A stretch of DNA of 64,000 nucleotides from Chthonomonadales bacterium (GTDB lineage Bacteria; Armatimonadota; Chthonomonadetes; Chthonomonadales; CAJBBX01), in the NCBI GenBank assembly GCA_037443035.1, contig JBBIPC010000001.1, forward strand, positions 64,001 through 128,000, in the 5' to 3' direction. Position numbers and translations under genes: made by a program. The notes under the pieces were generated by a model. That model worked only from the letters and a program-made list of their open reading frames with translations, did no database searches and was not told the origin of the DNA. Shown here piece by piece: positions 47,233 to 57,581 of this stretch (within the stretch, counting starts at the first letter, position 1; every line of letters starts with the position of its first letter).

Positions 47233-48578
47233 CCACGCACGAGGCGCAGGATATCATTGTAAGTGACCGCAAGGATGAGCAAGACGATAATGCCGAGTCC
47301 CACGGCTTGCGCGCCGTAGACCTCTCGCGGTGAGAGCTTGCGTCTGCGCACCAGTTCGGCGGCTAGAAGTAAGAGTTGGCCGCCATCGAGAACTGGGATG
47401 GGCAAGAGATTGAGGACGAAAAGGCTGATGCTGAACTGCGCACCGAGAAGCAGCATGGGGCCAATGCCGAGGCGCTGCACGTCCGTGGCCATCTTTCCCA
47501 TGGCAATGGGACCGCCAACGTTTTCGCGTACTTGCCTCCGGTCACTGAGGACTTCGATCATCTGCCGCACGGAAGCGTAGGTAGAGAAAGTGCCGACGCG
47601 GATGGATTCGAGAACCCCAACGCGACGAAGCTCGGGGTTCGCCACAATACCGATCACGCCCCACGTGACCTTCTTGCCATTCTCGTCGGTGAACTCGCGC
47701 GGCTTGGGCATGACCAACGCCTCGAAGGTCCGAGAGCGTCTGCGAACGGTAATGCGAGTGGGCACGCCGATGCGGCCGTGTATCTGATCAACCAGGTCCT
47801 TCCCATCGCGCACCGGCTTGCCGTCGAGGGCGATGATCCAATCGCCGGGGCGTATGCCCACGCGAGAGGCCTCTCCACCTGGCACGACGTCGGCAACCTG
47901 GTTCGTGATACGGCTATCGCTGGTCGGTAGCCCGACAGTGATCCCCATCATGCTGAAAATGACGTACCCGAAGAGAAGACTGGCGACAGGGCCGGCCACG
48001 ATCACAGCAGCGCGCTGGTAAAGAGGCTTTGCAATGAACAGCTCCGGATCGGCTTTGCGAGCGTGGGCGTTGAGAAGGAGGTCGATCAGCCTGGCCTCGG
48101 ACTCCGAGATATGTTCCGCCTGTCTTAGCATCTGGAGCTGCGCTGCACCTTCATCTGTCAGACGCGCATCGAATCCAATAGCGCCGGCGATGGCTTCACG
48201 GACGACAATGCTGACGTCCTTCGGATCCAGCTTGAGGAGGTTGTCGCGAGCGAGCTGGCGCAGAGTACGGTCCACAGCATCCGGGTGGGAGCTACTGAAT
48301 GCCTGCTGGAGGGTCCGCAATACCGGCATTCCGGCCGCGACGTCCTCGGGTTCCATCCCTGCAATCCGCACAAACCCGCCGAAGGGAATGGCGCGGAGAT
48401 GGAACCGCGTCGCACCGCGTTGGCCCAATCGGGCGATCACGGGTCCGAAGAAGAGGGAGAAGTCCTCGACTCGCATGCCACACCAGCGAGCTGCAAGATA
48501 ATGACCCCCCTCGTGTGCTAGCACCAGTAAGCTGATGGTAATCAGCAGAAAGACAATGCCAAGAAGAATGTCGGTCAT
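47229..48578 (-). CDS. rseP: Site-2 (M50B) intramembrane metalloprotease with PDZ domain
   Basis: HEGGH, IPFGGFVRI, VAGP, PDZ domain, NLLPIPVLDGG; lies directly after dxr. Confidence 0.93.
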   Translation of the reverse strand: MTDILLGIVFLLITISLLVLAHEGGHYLAARWCGMRVEDFSLFFGPVIARLGQRGATRFHLRAIPFGGFVRIAGMEPEDVAAGMPVLRTLQQAFSSSHPDAVDRTLRQLARDNLLKLDPKDVSIVVREAIAGAIGFDARLTDEGAAQLQMLRQAEHISESEARLIDLLLNAHARKADPELFIAKPLYQRAAVIVAGPVASLLFGYVIFSMMGITVGLPTSDSRITNQVADVVPGGEASRVGIRPGDWIIALDGKPVRDGKDLVDQIHGRIGVPTRITVRRRSRTFEALVMPKPREFTDENGKKVTWGVIGIVANPELRRVGVLESIRVGTFSTYASVRQMIEVLSDRRQVRENVGGPIAMGKMATDVQRLGIGPMLLLGAQFSISLFVLNLLPIPVLDGGQLLLLAAELVRRRKLSPREVYGAQAVGLGIIVLLILAVTYNDILRLVRG

Positions 48579-48590
48579 GTGGACTGTCGC

Positions 48591-49769
48591 CTACTCCGTC
48601 TGAGTATGAAACCGTGGTGCCAGCGCGCAGGCTCGCTGCCGGGCCCAACTGTCCGCCTGCAAGACATTATCGAAGGACTCCTCAACTGGATCATGCTCAG
48701 CCATGACAGCCTGCACTAATTGCATAATACCGAGGAATCCGAGCCGGCGTTTCAAGAAGAGCTCCACCGCAGCCTCGTTGGCTGCGTTCATCACAGCCGG
48801 CATGGTGCCACCGATCTGGAGAGCTCTGCGTGCTATGCCGAGTGCGGGGAAGCGCTCATCGTCGGGAGCGCTGAACTCCAACAGACTGCAGGCGGTGGGC
48901 TCGAGGCGCGGTAGTTCTGTGGGCAACCGTTCCGGATAGACCAGCGCATATTGGATGGGCAGGCGCATGTCAGGAAGGCCGAGCTGCGCCAAGACCGAGC
49001 CGTCTCGAAAGCGGACCATGGAGTGTACGATGCTCTGCGGGTGTATGACGACTTCGATCTGCGACACAGGTACACCGAACAGCCAGAAGGCTTCGATGAT
49101 CTCCAGACCTTTGTTCATCAGTGTAGCTGAGTTGATAGTGACCAAGCCGCCCATAGACCACGTCGGATGGCGCAAGGCGTCTTCAGGCTGCGCCCTGCGC
49201 ATGGTTTCCAGGCTGGCATCTCGAAACGGGCCTCCAGATGCCGTCAGGTAGAGACGTTCGACGTCTGCCGCTGTGTGGCCGATCATGCATTGGAATAGCG
49301 CTGAATGCTCGCTATCGATCGGCAGAATGGGCACACCGGCCTGCCGGGCGAGATCCATGGTCTGCCGACCGGCAGCGACAAGGACCTCTTTGCTTGCCAG
49401 CGCTATCCGCTTTCCGGAGCGGATGGCGGCGTGGGTGGGCCGGATTCCAATGGCACCTGCCACGGCAACGACAACAACGTCGGCCTCACGCAACGTGGCG
49501 AGGTTCACGATGCCTTCGAGGCCACTCAGAACGCGGCACGTATCGTCGCAGAGCTGACGGCACTCGGCAGCGGCACTAGGGTCCATGACAGCCACGGTAC
49601 GCACGCCGAACTCACGTGCTTGGGCCGCTAGTGCGGATGCGTTGCGGTGTGCCGCCAGCCCTACGACCTCGAGGCGTCGTGGCAGGCGTCGGACGATGTC
49701 CAGCGTCTGAGTCCCGATGGAACCTGTAGAGCCTAGGATGACGATCCGCGTTCGAGGCGGCGTGCTCAC
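48591..49769 (-). CDS. dxr: 1-deoxy-D-xylulose-5-phosphate reductoisomerase
   Basis: LGSTGSIG, LPIDSEHSA, TASGGPF, HPTWSMG, NKGLE, NAANE. Confidence 0.98.
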   Translation of the reverse strand: MSTPPRTRIVILGSTGSIGTQTLDIVRRLPRRLEVVGLAAHRNASALAAQAREFGVRTVAVMDPSAAAECRQLCDDTCRVLSGLEGIVNLATLREADVVVVAVAGAIGIRPTHAAIRSGKRIALASKEVLVAAGRQTMDLARQAGVPILPIDSEHSALFQCMIGHTAADVERLYLTASGGPFRDASLETMRRAQPEDALRHPTWSMGGLVTINSATLMNKGLEIIEAFWLFGVPVSQIEVVIHPQSIVHSMVRFRDGSVLAQLGLPDMRLPIQYALVYPERLPTELPRLEPTACSLLEFSAPDDERFPALGIARRALQIGGTMPAVMNAANEAAVELFLKRRLGFLGIMQLVQAVMAEHDPVEESFDNVLQADSWARQRACALAPRFHTQTE

Positions 49770-52465
49770 TGCTGAATGGAAACCCGACAGGTGCCTGAGA
49801 CGCGTAGGATCAGTCGGCCATCGCCAGGCTCGTACTGCATGCTCTCGCCTTCGGCAAGTACCTTACCGTTCACCCTAACCGAGGGCTGCTTACGGCATCC
49901 GTGGATGAGAATCCAGTAGGGCCTGTCGGTCCAACCGCGGACCGTGAACTGCACAGCCGATCCCGACTCCACGCATGCCTCGAGAGCCGCAGGCGCGTGG
50001 ACCGTGAGGCCAGCCTTGAGGAAATGCCGATAATCGTACACGAGCGGGCCACCATAGAGCTGGACGGCATTCGCCTGCACCGTGCCTGGGTTGATGGCTA
50101 CGGGGTTGCGGTTCTGACTGCGAAATACAAAGGAATCAGGCAGGAGTCCCTGCAAGTCCTTGTCCGACGCCGGCCAACTCTGCTGAATACCGGATATGGT
50201 GATACCCTGCGCGAGCTTGCGCCAGAGATTCGGCTCATCGTAGCGCGCCAGACGGTAGAGCGCGTCCGAGTAAACCAGCCCGCACCACTGTACTGGAAGA
50301 CCAATCCAGTTCGGGGCCACCCAGTTAGTAGCGCCCAGGACCGGAGTCGTGGCGTACAGGCCCACCGGCTGTTCTGTCGGCTTCTGCAGGTAGACGAACG
50401 GCACACCGGTCCACGCCCAGTGTCGGGCCATCCGCAGAAAGTGCTTATCTCCTGTAATCTCGTAGCCTAGGACATATGCCTTCACGAGGTGGGCGGATGC
50501 CAATATGTCCGGTGTATGGAGGGGTACTTCCCAGGTTTGCGCTCCTCGCGGAGCCGAGTTCACATAGCGGTCGAGAGCACGGAGCTTCTCCAGACCGGCG
50601 CGCACCAGGTCACGATCGCCAGCGTAGAGTGCATTCTGGAGTACCTGCACAACAACGGGTGCGGTCAGGCCGTTGGCGTGCTTCTCGAAATGGGTCTGTC
50701 CGTAATCGGTCCCCCCGGATGGTCTGTAGAGGATCGTTCCGTCCGGCTCGAAGCGCTTCAGCGCCGCTTGGGCTGCGGACCTCGCATGGTCCACCGAGCC
50801 GAGGACATCGCCGAATAGCAGAGCTTGAGCAGGGTACGTGACGTGGGAGACCGCGGCGCTGTTGCGTGTTGCTGGATCGGTAATATCGAGAACCGCGGAC
50901 ACTTGCTGCTGGAGACGCTCGGCAATGGGGTCCCCATGCAAGACACTTGCGAGCCACTCCATCCATAGTGCCGCGTCGGCGGCGGGTTGTGGGGAGAAGC
51001 CGCTGAATCCCGGCCAGTAGGCGTGACGGAAGCGAGCACCTTCACGGATACGTGAGTCGAGCCAGCCTCCGGCAGCCCAGCGAGCGTACGCACGCTTGTC
51101 CATGCCTATCTTGGGCAGCTCAGGAAGGCCTCGCTCCTGAACGAAGCGCTGCACGGCTGGTAGGACGCTTTCGCCTGCGCCTCCGAAGATGGTGGCGGTA
51201 GCTGTCAGCGTGCGATTGGCCGTGAGTGCAAGTGGCGCGTAGGGAAGCAGGCTACCTTCGGAGCGGTTCGTTCCGTCCGATCCGGGCACGAGGAGCGCCA
51301 TGGCATTGGATTTGGACCCGAACGAACGATCGGGCGTGTCGAACGCCGCAGCGAGCCAGGGCTCTGCATTCCACGTGAGCGCGAGGTAGCGCTTGCGAGC
51401 CTGCATGACCATGAGAGGGAAGGTCAGCTTGATCTGATCGGGTACGAGGCGCTGCGCCTGTTCACCCCGCAGATCGGCCTGCGAGCTGCTTTGGTCCGGT
51501 GGGTCGAGGTACTCGACTCCAGCCAGTAGACCCCGCTCTCGCGCGGTGCCGAACGAACCGCGTCCAGGGAAGATCGCCAGTACGGGCAGGAAGTAGACGT
51601 TGCGTGGGCTTGACACGGCCACCGTTGCGGTAACAGCGATGCCACCCGGACGCGGGGTGGGGCGCAAGGTCTGGACGAACCGCCAACGAGCGCCGTCCGG
51701 GTCCAGAGCATCACATGCGACGCGGATGCCCTTGGACGATGCAGTGACGGTGGTCTTGCCAACCGATGCTGCATCGAACCAACGCACCTTGTCCCCACTC
51801 TCGTATGCTACGGGCAGGCGCGACCAACCTGTCGCGAACCGGTAGCCCTGGACTTGTACAGTGAATGCATTGATGCGGCGCCTGTCGTAGAGGACGGCGA
51901 CAGACCCCGACCTGAGCGTCGAGGCACCGGTGGTAGGTGGGATGGGCGGCGGAGTCCATCGAGGCAATGCGGGGACGGATCGCGGAGCGAGCTCGAGCCA
52001 CGCGATGGTACACGTGCCCGCGGTGCCGGGTGGGTCAATGCGCAGTCTCGTTCCTGCCTCGAGTTGCGGAACTGGGAGAGATACCTCTGTCCATCGTTTC
52101 GCCGGAACAGAGGCGCGGGCAGAGCGCTCCTCGGTAGGCGAAGTGCGGAAGAAGAAGACCTGAACCGTGCCACCTGCTTCCGATAGCAGCCTCATGCGGA
52201 TCCAGAGCGGAGTACCACTCGGCGGATCGACGGGCGGACCGATAATGTAGGGATCGCCGCCAGATATCCCTACACGCATGCCTTCGGGCACCGATTCGAT
52301 GGTGCTAACATCGTGCGTCGGCTGCCAGCGGCTGACGACCTCGGCAGAGGTGAATTCGAGCCTGACGCTTCGACCCTTCTGCTGGGCTGTCGCGCACGCC
52401 ACGAGCACTGCCAGGCACGCGCACGTTACGATCGAGACTGCCAGGACGCGGGCGGGTTGCGGCAT
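49766..52465 (-). CDS. Large secreted hypothetical protein, possibly an unclassified glycoside hydrolase
   Basis: Signal-like N-terminus; beta-rich N-part; Trp/Tyr-rich helical C-part (GAQTWEVP, GYEITGDKHFL..ARHW); start uncertain. Confidence 0.5.
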   Translation of the reverse strand: MPQPARVLAVSIVTCACLAVLVACATAQQKGRSVRLEFTSAEVVSRWQPTHDVSTIESVPEGMRVGISGGDPYIIGPPVDPPSGTPLWIRMRLLSEAGGTVQVFFFRTSPTEERSARASVPAKRWTEVSLPVPQLEAGTRLRIDPPGTAGTCTIAWLELAPRSVPALPRWTPPPIPPTTGASTLRSGSVAVLYDRRRINAFTVQVQGYRFATGWSRLPVAYESGDKVRWFDAASVGKTTVTASSKGIRVACDALDPDGARWRFVQTLRPTPRPGGIAVTATVAVSSPRNVYFLPVLAIFPGRGSFGTARERGLLAGVEYLDPPDQSSSQADLRGEQAQRLVPDQIKLTFPLMVMQARKRYLALTWNAEPWLAAAFDTPDRSFGSKSNAMALLVPGSDGTNRSEGSLLPYAPLALTANRTLTATATIFGGAGESVLPAVQRFVQERGLPELPKIGMDKRAYARWAAGGWLDSRIREGARFRHAYWPGFSGFSPQPAADAALWMEWLASVLHGDPIAERLQQQVSAVLDITDPATRNSAAVSHVTYPAQALLFGDVLGSVDHARSAAQAALKRFEPDGTILYRPSGGTDYGQTHFEKHANGLTAPVVVQVLQNALYAGDRDLVRAGLEKLRALDRYVNSAPRGAQTWEVPLHTPDILASAHLVKAYVLGYEITGDKHFLRMARHWAWTGVPFVYLQKPTEQPVGLYATTPVLGATNWVAPNWIGLPVQWCGLVYSDALYRLARYDEPNLWRKLAQGITISGIQQSWPASDKDLQGLLPDSFVFRSQNRNPVAINPGTVQANAVQLYGGPLVYDYRHFLKAGLTVHAPAALEACVESGSAVQFTVRGWTDRPYWILIHGCRKQPSVRVNGKVLAEGESMQYEPGDGRLILRVSGTCRVSIQQ

Positions 52466-52637
52466 CCTGCGCGTTTCAAGGCCTGAAAGCTTCATTCTCG
52501 CCTGTGACCTCCCGTACCTCACTGTTGCGAGTATGGCACACCAGCATGGCAAGAAACCAAACCGCACGCGGTCTAGCGAGACTCGGGCGACGGCGTGCGG
52601 TTTGGCGAGTAGCGCCTGGAGACAGGGAAGTATCGCC

Positions 52638-53651
52638 CTAGAGGAGTCTCCCTGTGGGATCTCCCTTCCACGATGCCAGCGTCTTCATGTAGTTGGCTCG
52701 TTCGAACGCTGCCGGCTCTGCTACGTTTTTCTGGCTCATGCTGCCCTGCATCTGCTCGACAGACTCGTATTCCTTCTCCTCCATCCACGCCTGCATCTCG
52801 TCCACGATGCTCGCAATCCGGCCAGGGCCGTTGTGGAGTAGTTCCGAAGCCATCTGAACGACCTTGGCGCCGGCCATCATCGCCTTGATGACATCGGTTC
52901 CCGTGTGGACCCCAGAGGTGATGGCAAGGTCCGTCTGAACCCTTCCGAAGAGAATGGCGACCCAGCGAAGTGGCAAACGCAGCTCATCGGAGTCACTGAG
53001 AACGAGGTGGGGCACGACTTCGAGCTGCTCGAGATCAAAATCAGGCTGGTAGAAGCGATTGAAGAGGACCAGGGCATCGGCGCCTGCTCCTTCAAGCTTC
53101 GTGGCCATGTACGGAAGAGACGTGAAGAAGGGACTCAGCTTAATGGCAACCGGTATGGTGACACTCTGCCTGACCTCTCTCAAGACGTCTACGTACATGC
53201 GCTCGATCTCATCGGACGTGAGACCTGGGTCCGTGGGGATGTAGTAGACGTTGAGTTCTAGAGCGTCCGCGCCCGCTTGCTGGATGAGCGCGGCGTAGCG
53301 TGTCCAGCCGCCTGCAGAGACGCCGTTGAGGCTGCCAATGAGCGGGATGCTCAGCTTCTGCTTCGCCTGTCGTATGAGTTCGAGATAGGCATCCGGACCG
53401 ATATTGTAGTTCTGCAGGTCGGGGAAGTACTGGATCGCTTCAGCGAAGCTATCTGCGCCGTACGAGAGGTAATGGTCGAGCCGATGACTCTCAGCATCGA
53501 TCTGCTCTTCGAACAGTGAGTACATCACGATTGCCGGCGCTCCTGCGTCCTCCAGACGCTTCATGGCGTCGAGGTTCTTCGACAGGGGAGAGGCTGAGGG
53601 CACGACCGGGTGCTTCAGCGTAAGGCCCATATACCGGGTGGTTAGATCCAT
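52638..53651 (-). CDS. Dihydroorotate dehydrogenase-like flavoprotein (PFOR-associated)
   Basis: [47 protein letters not shown]. Confidence 0.9.
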   Translation of the reverse strand: MDLTTRYMGLTLKHPVVPSASPLSKNLDAMKRLEDAGAPAIVMYSLFEEQIDAESHRLDHYLSYGADSFAEAIQYFPDLQNYNIGPDAYLELIRQAKQKLSIPLIGSLNGVSAGGWTRYAALIQQAGADALELNVYYIPTDPGLTSDEIERMYVDVLREVRQSVTIPVAIKLSPFFTSLPYMATKLEGAGADALVLFNRFYQPDFDLEQLEVVPHLVLSDSDELRLPLRWVAILFGRVQTDLAITSGVHTGTDVIKAMMAGAKVVQMASELLHNGPGRIASIVDEMQAWMEEKEYESVEQMQGSMSQKNVAEPAAFERANYMKTLASWKGDPTGRLL

Positions 53652-53676
53652 CTTCGACTCCTTGCGATTACTAGTC

Positions 53677-53731
53677 GAGGTCGGTTCGTGTGAGTCCGGA
53701 AGCTAGAGCACTTCGGGCGCGAACCGACCTC
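53677..53731. other. Long intergenic stem-loop between nifJ and the DHOD-like gene
   Basis: GAGGTCGGTTCG...CGAACCGACCTC 12-bp perfect stem. Confidence 0.5.
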
Positions 53732-53741
53732 TACGGACAAC

Positions 53742-56700
53742 TCAGAACGTCGTGCGGCTTGCCATGTCCTGGTAGATGCGCCAGCGTCGCTGCACATCCT
53801 CCTGCGCGGCCACCAAGAGCCGCGCGGCCGCCTCGGGATTCGCCTGCTGCAGCATCCGGTACCGGGTCTCCGTATAGATGTAGTCAGAAAGGGGAATGGA
53901 CGGTTCCTTGCTATCGAGCTGCAAGGGGTTCTTCCCTTCTGCGGCCAGACGCGGATCGTAGCGGTAGAGAATCACTGCGCCAGAGTCGACGGCAAGCTTC
54001 TGCTGCTGCAGACCCTTGGACATGTCAATGCCGTGGGCGATGCAGTGACTGTAGGCGATGATCAACGATGGACCAGGGTAGGACTCCGCTTCGATGAAGG
54101 CCCTTACCGTCTGGGCGTCGTTCGCGCCCATGGCCACCGATGCTACGTAGACGTGACCATAGGTCATGGCCATGCGTCCAAGGTCCTTTTTGGAGGCAGA
54201 TTTGCCGCCGGAAGCGAACTTCGCGACCGCGCCACGAGCAGTGGACTTGCTGGCTTGGCCACCTGTATTCGAATAGACTTCCGTATCCAGTACCAGCAGG
54301 TTGATGTCGTAGTTCGTAGACAGAACGTGGTCGAGGCCGCCGTAGCCGATATCGTAAGCCCAGCCGTCGCCGCCGAAGGACCAGACGCTCTTACGAACGA
54401 GCGCATCTGCGACGTTCAGCAGCTCCTTGGCGGCTTCGTCGCTCGCGCCGGCCAGCTTCCGTTTCAGCTCTGCCACCCGTTGACGCTGAGCGACAATACC
54501 AGCTTCGGTGGTCTGGTCTGCCGTGAGGATCGCCTGGCACAGATCATCGCCCAAGAGGGCTCCCATCTGGCTTAGGAGCTGCCGGGCGTACTGCTCTTGT
54601 TGGACCAGGGTCAGCCGGAAACCAAGGCCGAACTCAGCCGCGTCCTCGAATAGCGAGTTATTCCAGGCCGGTCCGCGGCCTTGAGCGTCAACGCAATACG
54701 GGGTTGTCGGCAGATTACCGCCGTAAATGCTGGAACAACCCGTGGCGTTGGCGATGATGGCACGGTCACCGAAGAGCTGCGTCACCAGCTTGACATAGGG
54801 TGTCTCCCCACATCCAGCGCAGGCACCCGAGTACTCGAAGAGAGGCCGTAGTAACTGCACATTCTTGATCGTGTTGAACCGAATCAGTTGCGTATCGCGT
54901 GGCATGTCAGGGATACTCAGGAAGAACTCGAGGTTCTGCGCTTCCTGACTCCGGAGCGGCCGCTGGGGCGCCATATTTATGGCCTTCCGGCCGACTTGGG
55001 TCTTGTCCTTGGCCGGACATGCTTCGACACATACTCCGCAGCCCGTGCAATCCTCCACCGCCACCTGGATCGTGAATCTCCGGTCGGCGAACTCGCGCCA
55101 CTTGGCCGTAGTGGACTTGAATGTAGGTGGCGCCTTTTCCAGAAGAACCGGGTCATAGACCTTGGATCGGATACACGCGTGCGGGCAGACGAGAACGCAC
55201 TTTCCGCACTGGATGCAGATCTCGGGCTCCCAGACTGGCACATCGAGGGCGATATTGCGCTTCTCCCACTGCGTCGTCGCGGTCGGGAAGGTTCCGTCCA
55301 CGGGCATGGCGCTCACCGGCAGGGTATCACCGCGCCCGGCAATCATCGTCGCTGTAACGGTCTTGACGAACTCTGGTGCCGACGGTGATACGACAGGTGG
55401 CATTGCGACATCGCCGATGTTACGGCCCGGAACCTGGACCTCATGCAGGTGTTCCAGTGCAGCATCCACTGCGGCGTAGTTCTTCTGAACGACCGCTTCG
55501 CCGCGTCGGCCGTAGGTCTTCTTGATGGCAGCTTTGATCTGCGCGATGGCTTCATCTCGTGGCAGAACACCGCTGATGGCGAAGAATGCCGTCTGCATGA
55601 TGGTGTTGATGCGGACACCCATGCCCGTCGCACGAGCGACGTCGTAGGCATCCACCACCCACAGACGGAGGTTCTTGGCGAGGACCTGTCGCTGGAACTC
55701 CGCGGGTAGCTTGTCCCACACCTCGTCCGGTCCGTAGGGGCTGTTCAGGAGCACTGTGGCGCCGCGGACGGCGTTGTCGAGTACGGGGTAGCGCTCCACG
55801 AAGCCGAACTGATGGATGGCAATGAAGTTCGCGTGGTCAATCAAGTAGGTGCTGTGGATGGGCCTCGGGCCGAAACGCAGGTGGGATGTGGTTACGGAAC
55901 CGGATTTCTTCGAGTCGTAGACGAAGTACCCTTGAGCTGCGTTGGGAGTCTCTTCTCCAATGATCTTGATGGAGTTCTTGTTGGCGCCGACCGTCCCATC
56001 GGCACCCAGTCCCCAGAACACTGCCCGGACCACATCGTCGGGCTCGGTGCTGAAGGAGGGGTCATATCGCAAGCTCGTGTGCATAACGTCGTCTTCGATG
56101 CCCACTGTGAAGTGGTTCTTCGGAGACTTGACGGTCATCTCGTCGTAGACAGCTTTGCACATGGCTGGTGTGAACTCTTTCGAAGAGAGTCCGTAACGTC
56201 CCCCGATAATGCGTGGCATGGCGCTGAATGGAGCCTTGCCTGCGCCCACGGCTTCGGACACGGCGGTGACGACATCCTGGTAGAGAGGCTCGCCAGTGGC
56301 ACCGGGTTCCTTCGTGCGGTCGAGAACTGCGATGGAGCGAACGGTCCCGGGCAGTGCGGCTACGAACGCGTCCACGTCGAATGGGCGATACAGGCGCACC
56401 TTGACGACGCCAACCTTCTCGCCGTTGCCAGCCAGGAACTCCGCCGTCTCCTGGGCTGTCTCGCATGCGGAGCCCATGAGGACGATGACGCGCTCAGCGT
56501 CCGGCGCGCCGACATAGTCGAAGAGATGGTACTGGCGCCCCGTAAGCTGCGCGAACTGATCCATGGTGTCCTGAACAATCGCTGGCACCGCTGCGTAAAA
56601 TGGGTTGGCGGTCTCCCTGGCCTGGAAGAAGACATCAGGATTCTGCGCGGTACCGCGGATCACTGGCCTATCGGGTGAGAGGCCGCGCGCACGGTGCTGG

Positions 56701-57302
56701 CGGACCAACTCCATGTCAATCATGGCCCGAATGTCATCGTCGTTCAGAGCTTCGACCTTCATAACCTCATGGGAGGTGCGGAAGCCGTCCATGATGTTGA
56801 GGAAGGGGACTCTCGACTTGAGCGTGGCGGCCTGAGCGATCAGGCTCATATCCATGACTTCCTGTACGGAGTTCCCGAACAGGAAGGCCCAACCGGTCTG
56901 ACGAACCGCCATGATGTCGCTGTGGTCGCAGAAGATGGACAGGGCGTGCGTAGCGACGGTTCGCGCCGTGATATGGAACACGGTACTTGTGAGCTCACCC
57001 GCGATCTTGAACATCGTGGGGATCATGAGAAGGAGTCCCTGACTAGCCGTGAACGTGGTGGTCATCGCGCCGGTTTGCAGCGCACCGTGGCATGATGCGG
57101 CCGCGCCCGCCTCGGACTGCATTTCCTGCACCAGCGGGACCGTGCCCCACACGTTCGTCTTGTGTGCTGCCGCCCAGGCGTCACAATGCTCCGCAATCGG
57201 CGACGACGGGGTGATGGGATAGATGGAAATCACCTCGGCCGTCTTGTACGCAATGGACGCGGCAGCCTCGTTTCCATCGATCGTTACGTAACTGCGAGGC
57301 AT
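53742..57302 (-). CDS. nifJ: Pyruvate:ferredoxin (flavodoxin) oxidoreductase, homodimeric
   Basis: YPITPS, GTAQNPD, GGRYGLSSKEF, two CxxCxxCxxxCP motifs, GACAGCGE, GGDGWAYDIG. Confidence 0.97.
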   Translation of the reverse strand: MPRSYVTIDGNEAAASIAYKTAEVISIYPITPSSPIAEHCDAWAAAHKTNVWGTVPLVQEMQSEAGAAASCHGALQTGAMTTTFTASQGLLLMIPTMFKIAGELTSTVFHITARTVATHALSIFCDHSDIMAVRQTGWAFLFGNSVQEVMDMSLIAQAATLKSRVPFLNIMDGFRTSHEVMKVEALNDDDIRAMIDMELVRQHRARGLSPDRPVIRGTAQNPDVFFQARETANPFYAAVPAIVQDTMDQFAQLTGRQYHLFDYVGAPDAERVIVLMGSACETAQETAEFLAGNGEKVGVVKVRLYRPFDVDAFVAALPGTVRSIAVLDRTKEPGATGEPLYQDVVTAVSEAVGAGKAPFSAMPRIIGGRYGLSSKEFTPAMCKAVYDEMTVKSPKNHFTVGIEDDVMHTSLRYDPSFSTEPDDVVRAVFWGLGADGTVGANKNSIKIIGEETPNAAQGYFVYDSKKSGSVTTSHLRFGPRPIHSTYLIDHANFIAIHQFGFVERYPVLDNAVRGATVLLNSPYGPDEVWDKLPAEFQRQVLAKNLRLWVVDAYDVARATGMGVRINTIMQTAFFAISGVLPRDEAIAQIKAAIKKTYGRRGEAVVQKNYAAVDAALEHLHEVQVPGRNIGDVAMPPVVSPSAPEFVKTVTATMIAGRGDTLPVSAMPVDGTFPTATTQWEKRNIALDVPVWEPEICIQCGKCVLVCPHACIRSKVYDPVLLEKAPPTFKSTTAKWREFADRRFTIQVAVEDCTGCGVCVEACPAKDKTQVGRKAINMAPQRPLRSQEAQNLEFFLSIPDMPRDTQLIRFNTIKNVQLLRPLFEYSGACAGCGETPYVKLVTQLFGDRAIIANATGCSSIYGGNLPTTPYCVDAQGRGPAWNNSLFEDAAEFGLGFRLTLVQQEQYARQLLSQMGALLGDDLCQAILTADQTTEAGIVAQRQRVAELKRKLAGASDEAAKELLNVADALVRKSVWSFGGDGWAYDIGYGGLDHVLSTNYDINLLVLDTEVYSNTGGQASKSTARGAVAKFASGGKSASKKDLGRMAMTYGHVYVASVAMGANDAQTVRAFIEAESYPGPSLIIAYSHCIAHGIDMSKGLQQQKLAVDSGAVILYRYDPRLAAEGKNPLQLDSKEPSIPLSDYIYTETRYRMLQQANPEAAARLLVAAQEDVQRRWRIYQDMASRTTF

Positions 57303-57383
57303 AACCTGTACCCTTTCTTACCTAACGTCGGCACATGCTAGCCGACGAGAATGTAGCCCCGAAGCCTCGGAAAGCGAACCCGA

Positions 57384-57418
57384 CAAGGAAAAGGGAGGAT
57401 GCCCGGCGGCTCCTCCCT
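57384..57418 (-). terminator. Intrinsic terminator-like hairpin inside the nifJ upstream region
   Basis: Minus strand AGGGAGGA-GCC-gccg-GGC-a-TCCTCCCT followed by TTTCCTT. Confidence 0.6.
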
Positions 57419-57581
57419 AGATCGTTAGTGGTGCTATGGATTGTCTCGTCAGTGGATCTACGCTCCACACTGGCCTTCTGCAGCCGTATGGAAGGAGGTG
57501 TGCCTGGCGCGGACGCAAGATCACTGACTGGCCTTCCCGCTCGCCTGCCATGCAGGTTCGCATTCGCGTACTTCCGTAATC
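57384..57581 (-). ncRNA. Candidate structured ncRNA or attenuating leader of nifJ (family unassigned)
   Basis: Extended -10 TGgTATACT at 57588-57596; ~80-nt irregular hairpin 57448-57528 with G-U pairs favouring the minus strand; terminator. Confidence 0.4.

Noticed and set aside
57440..57455. Hammerhead ribozyme core CTGACGA on the minus strand
   Set aside because: No stem II followed by GAAA
57530..57560. TPP or cobalamin riboswitch before nifJ (GAACCTG and GGGAAGGC fragments)
   Set aside because: No CTGAGA element, no GCCACTG or B12 box; only isolated fragments match
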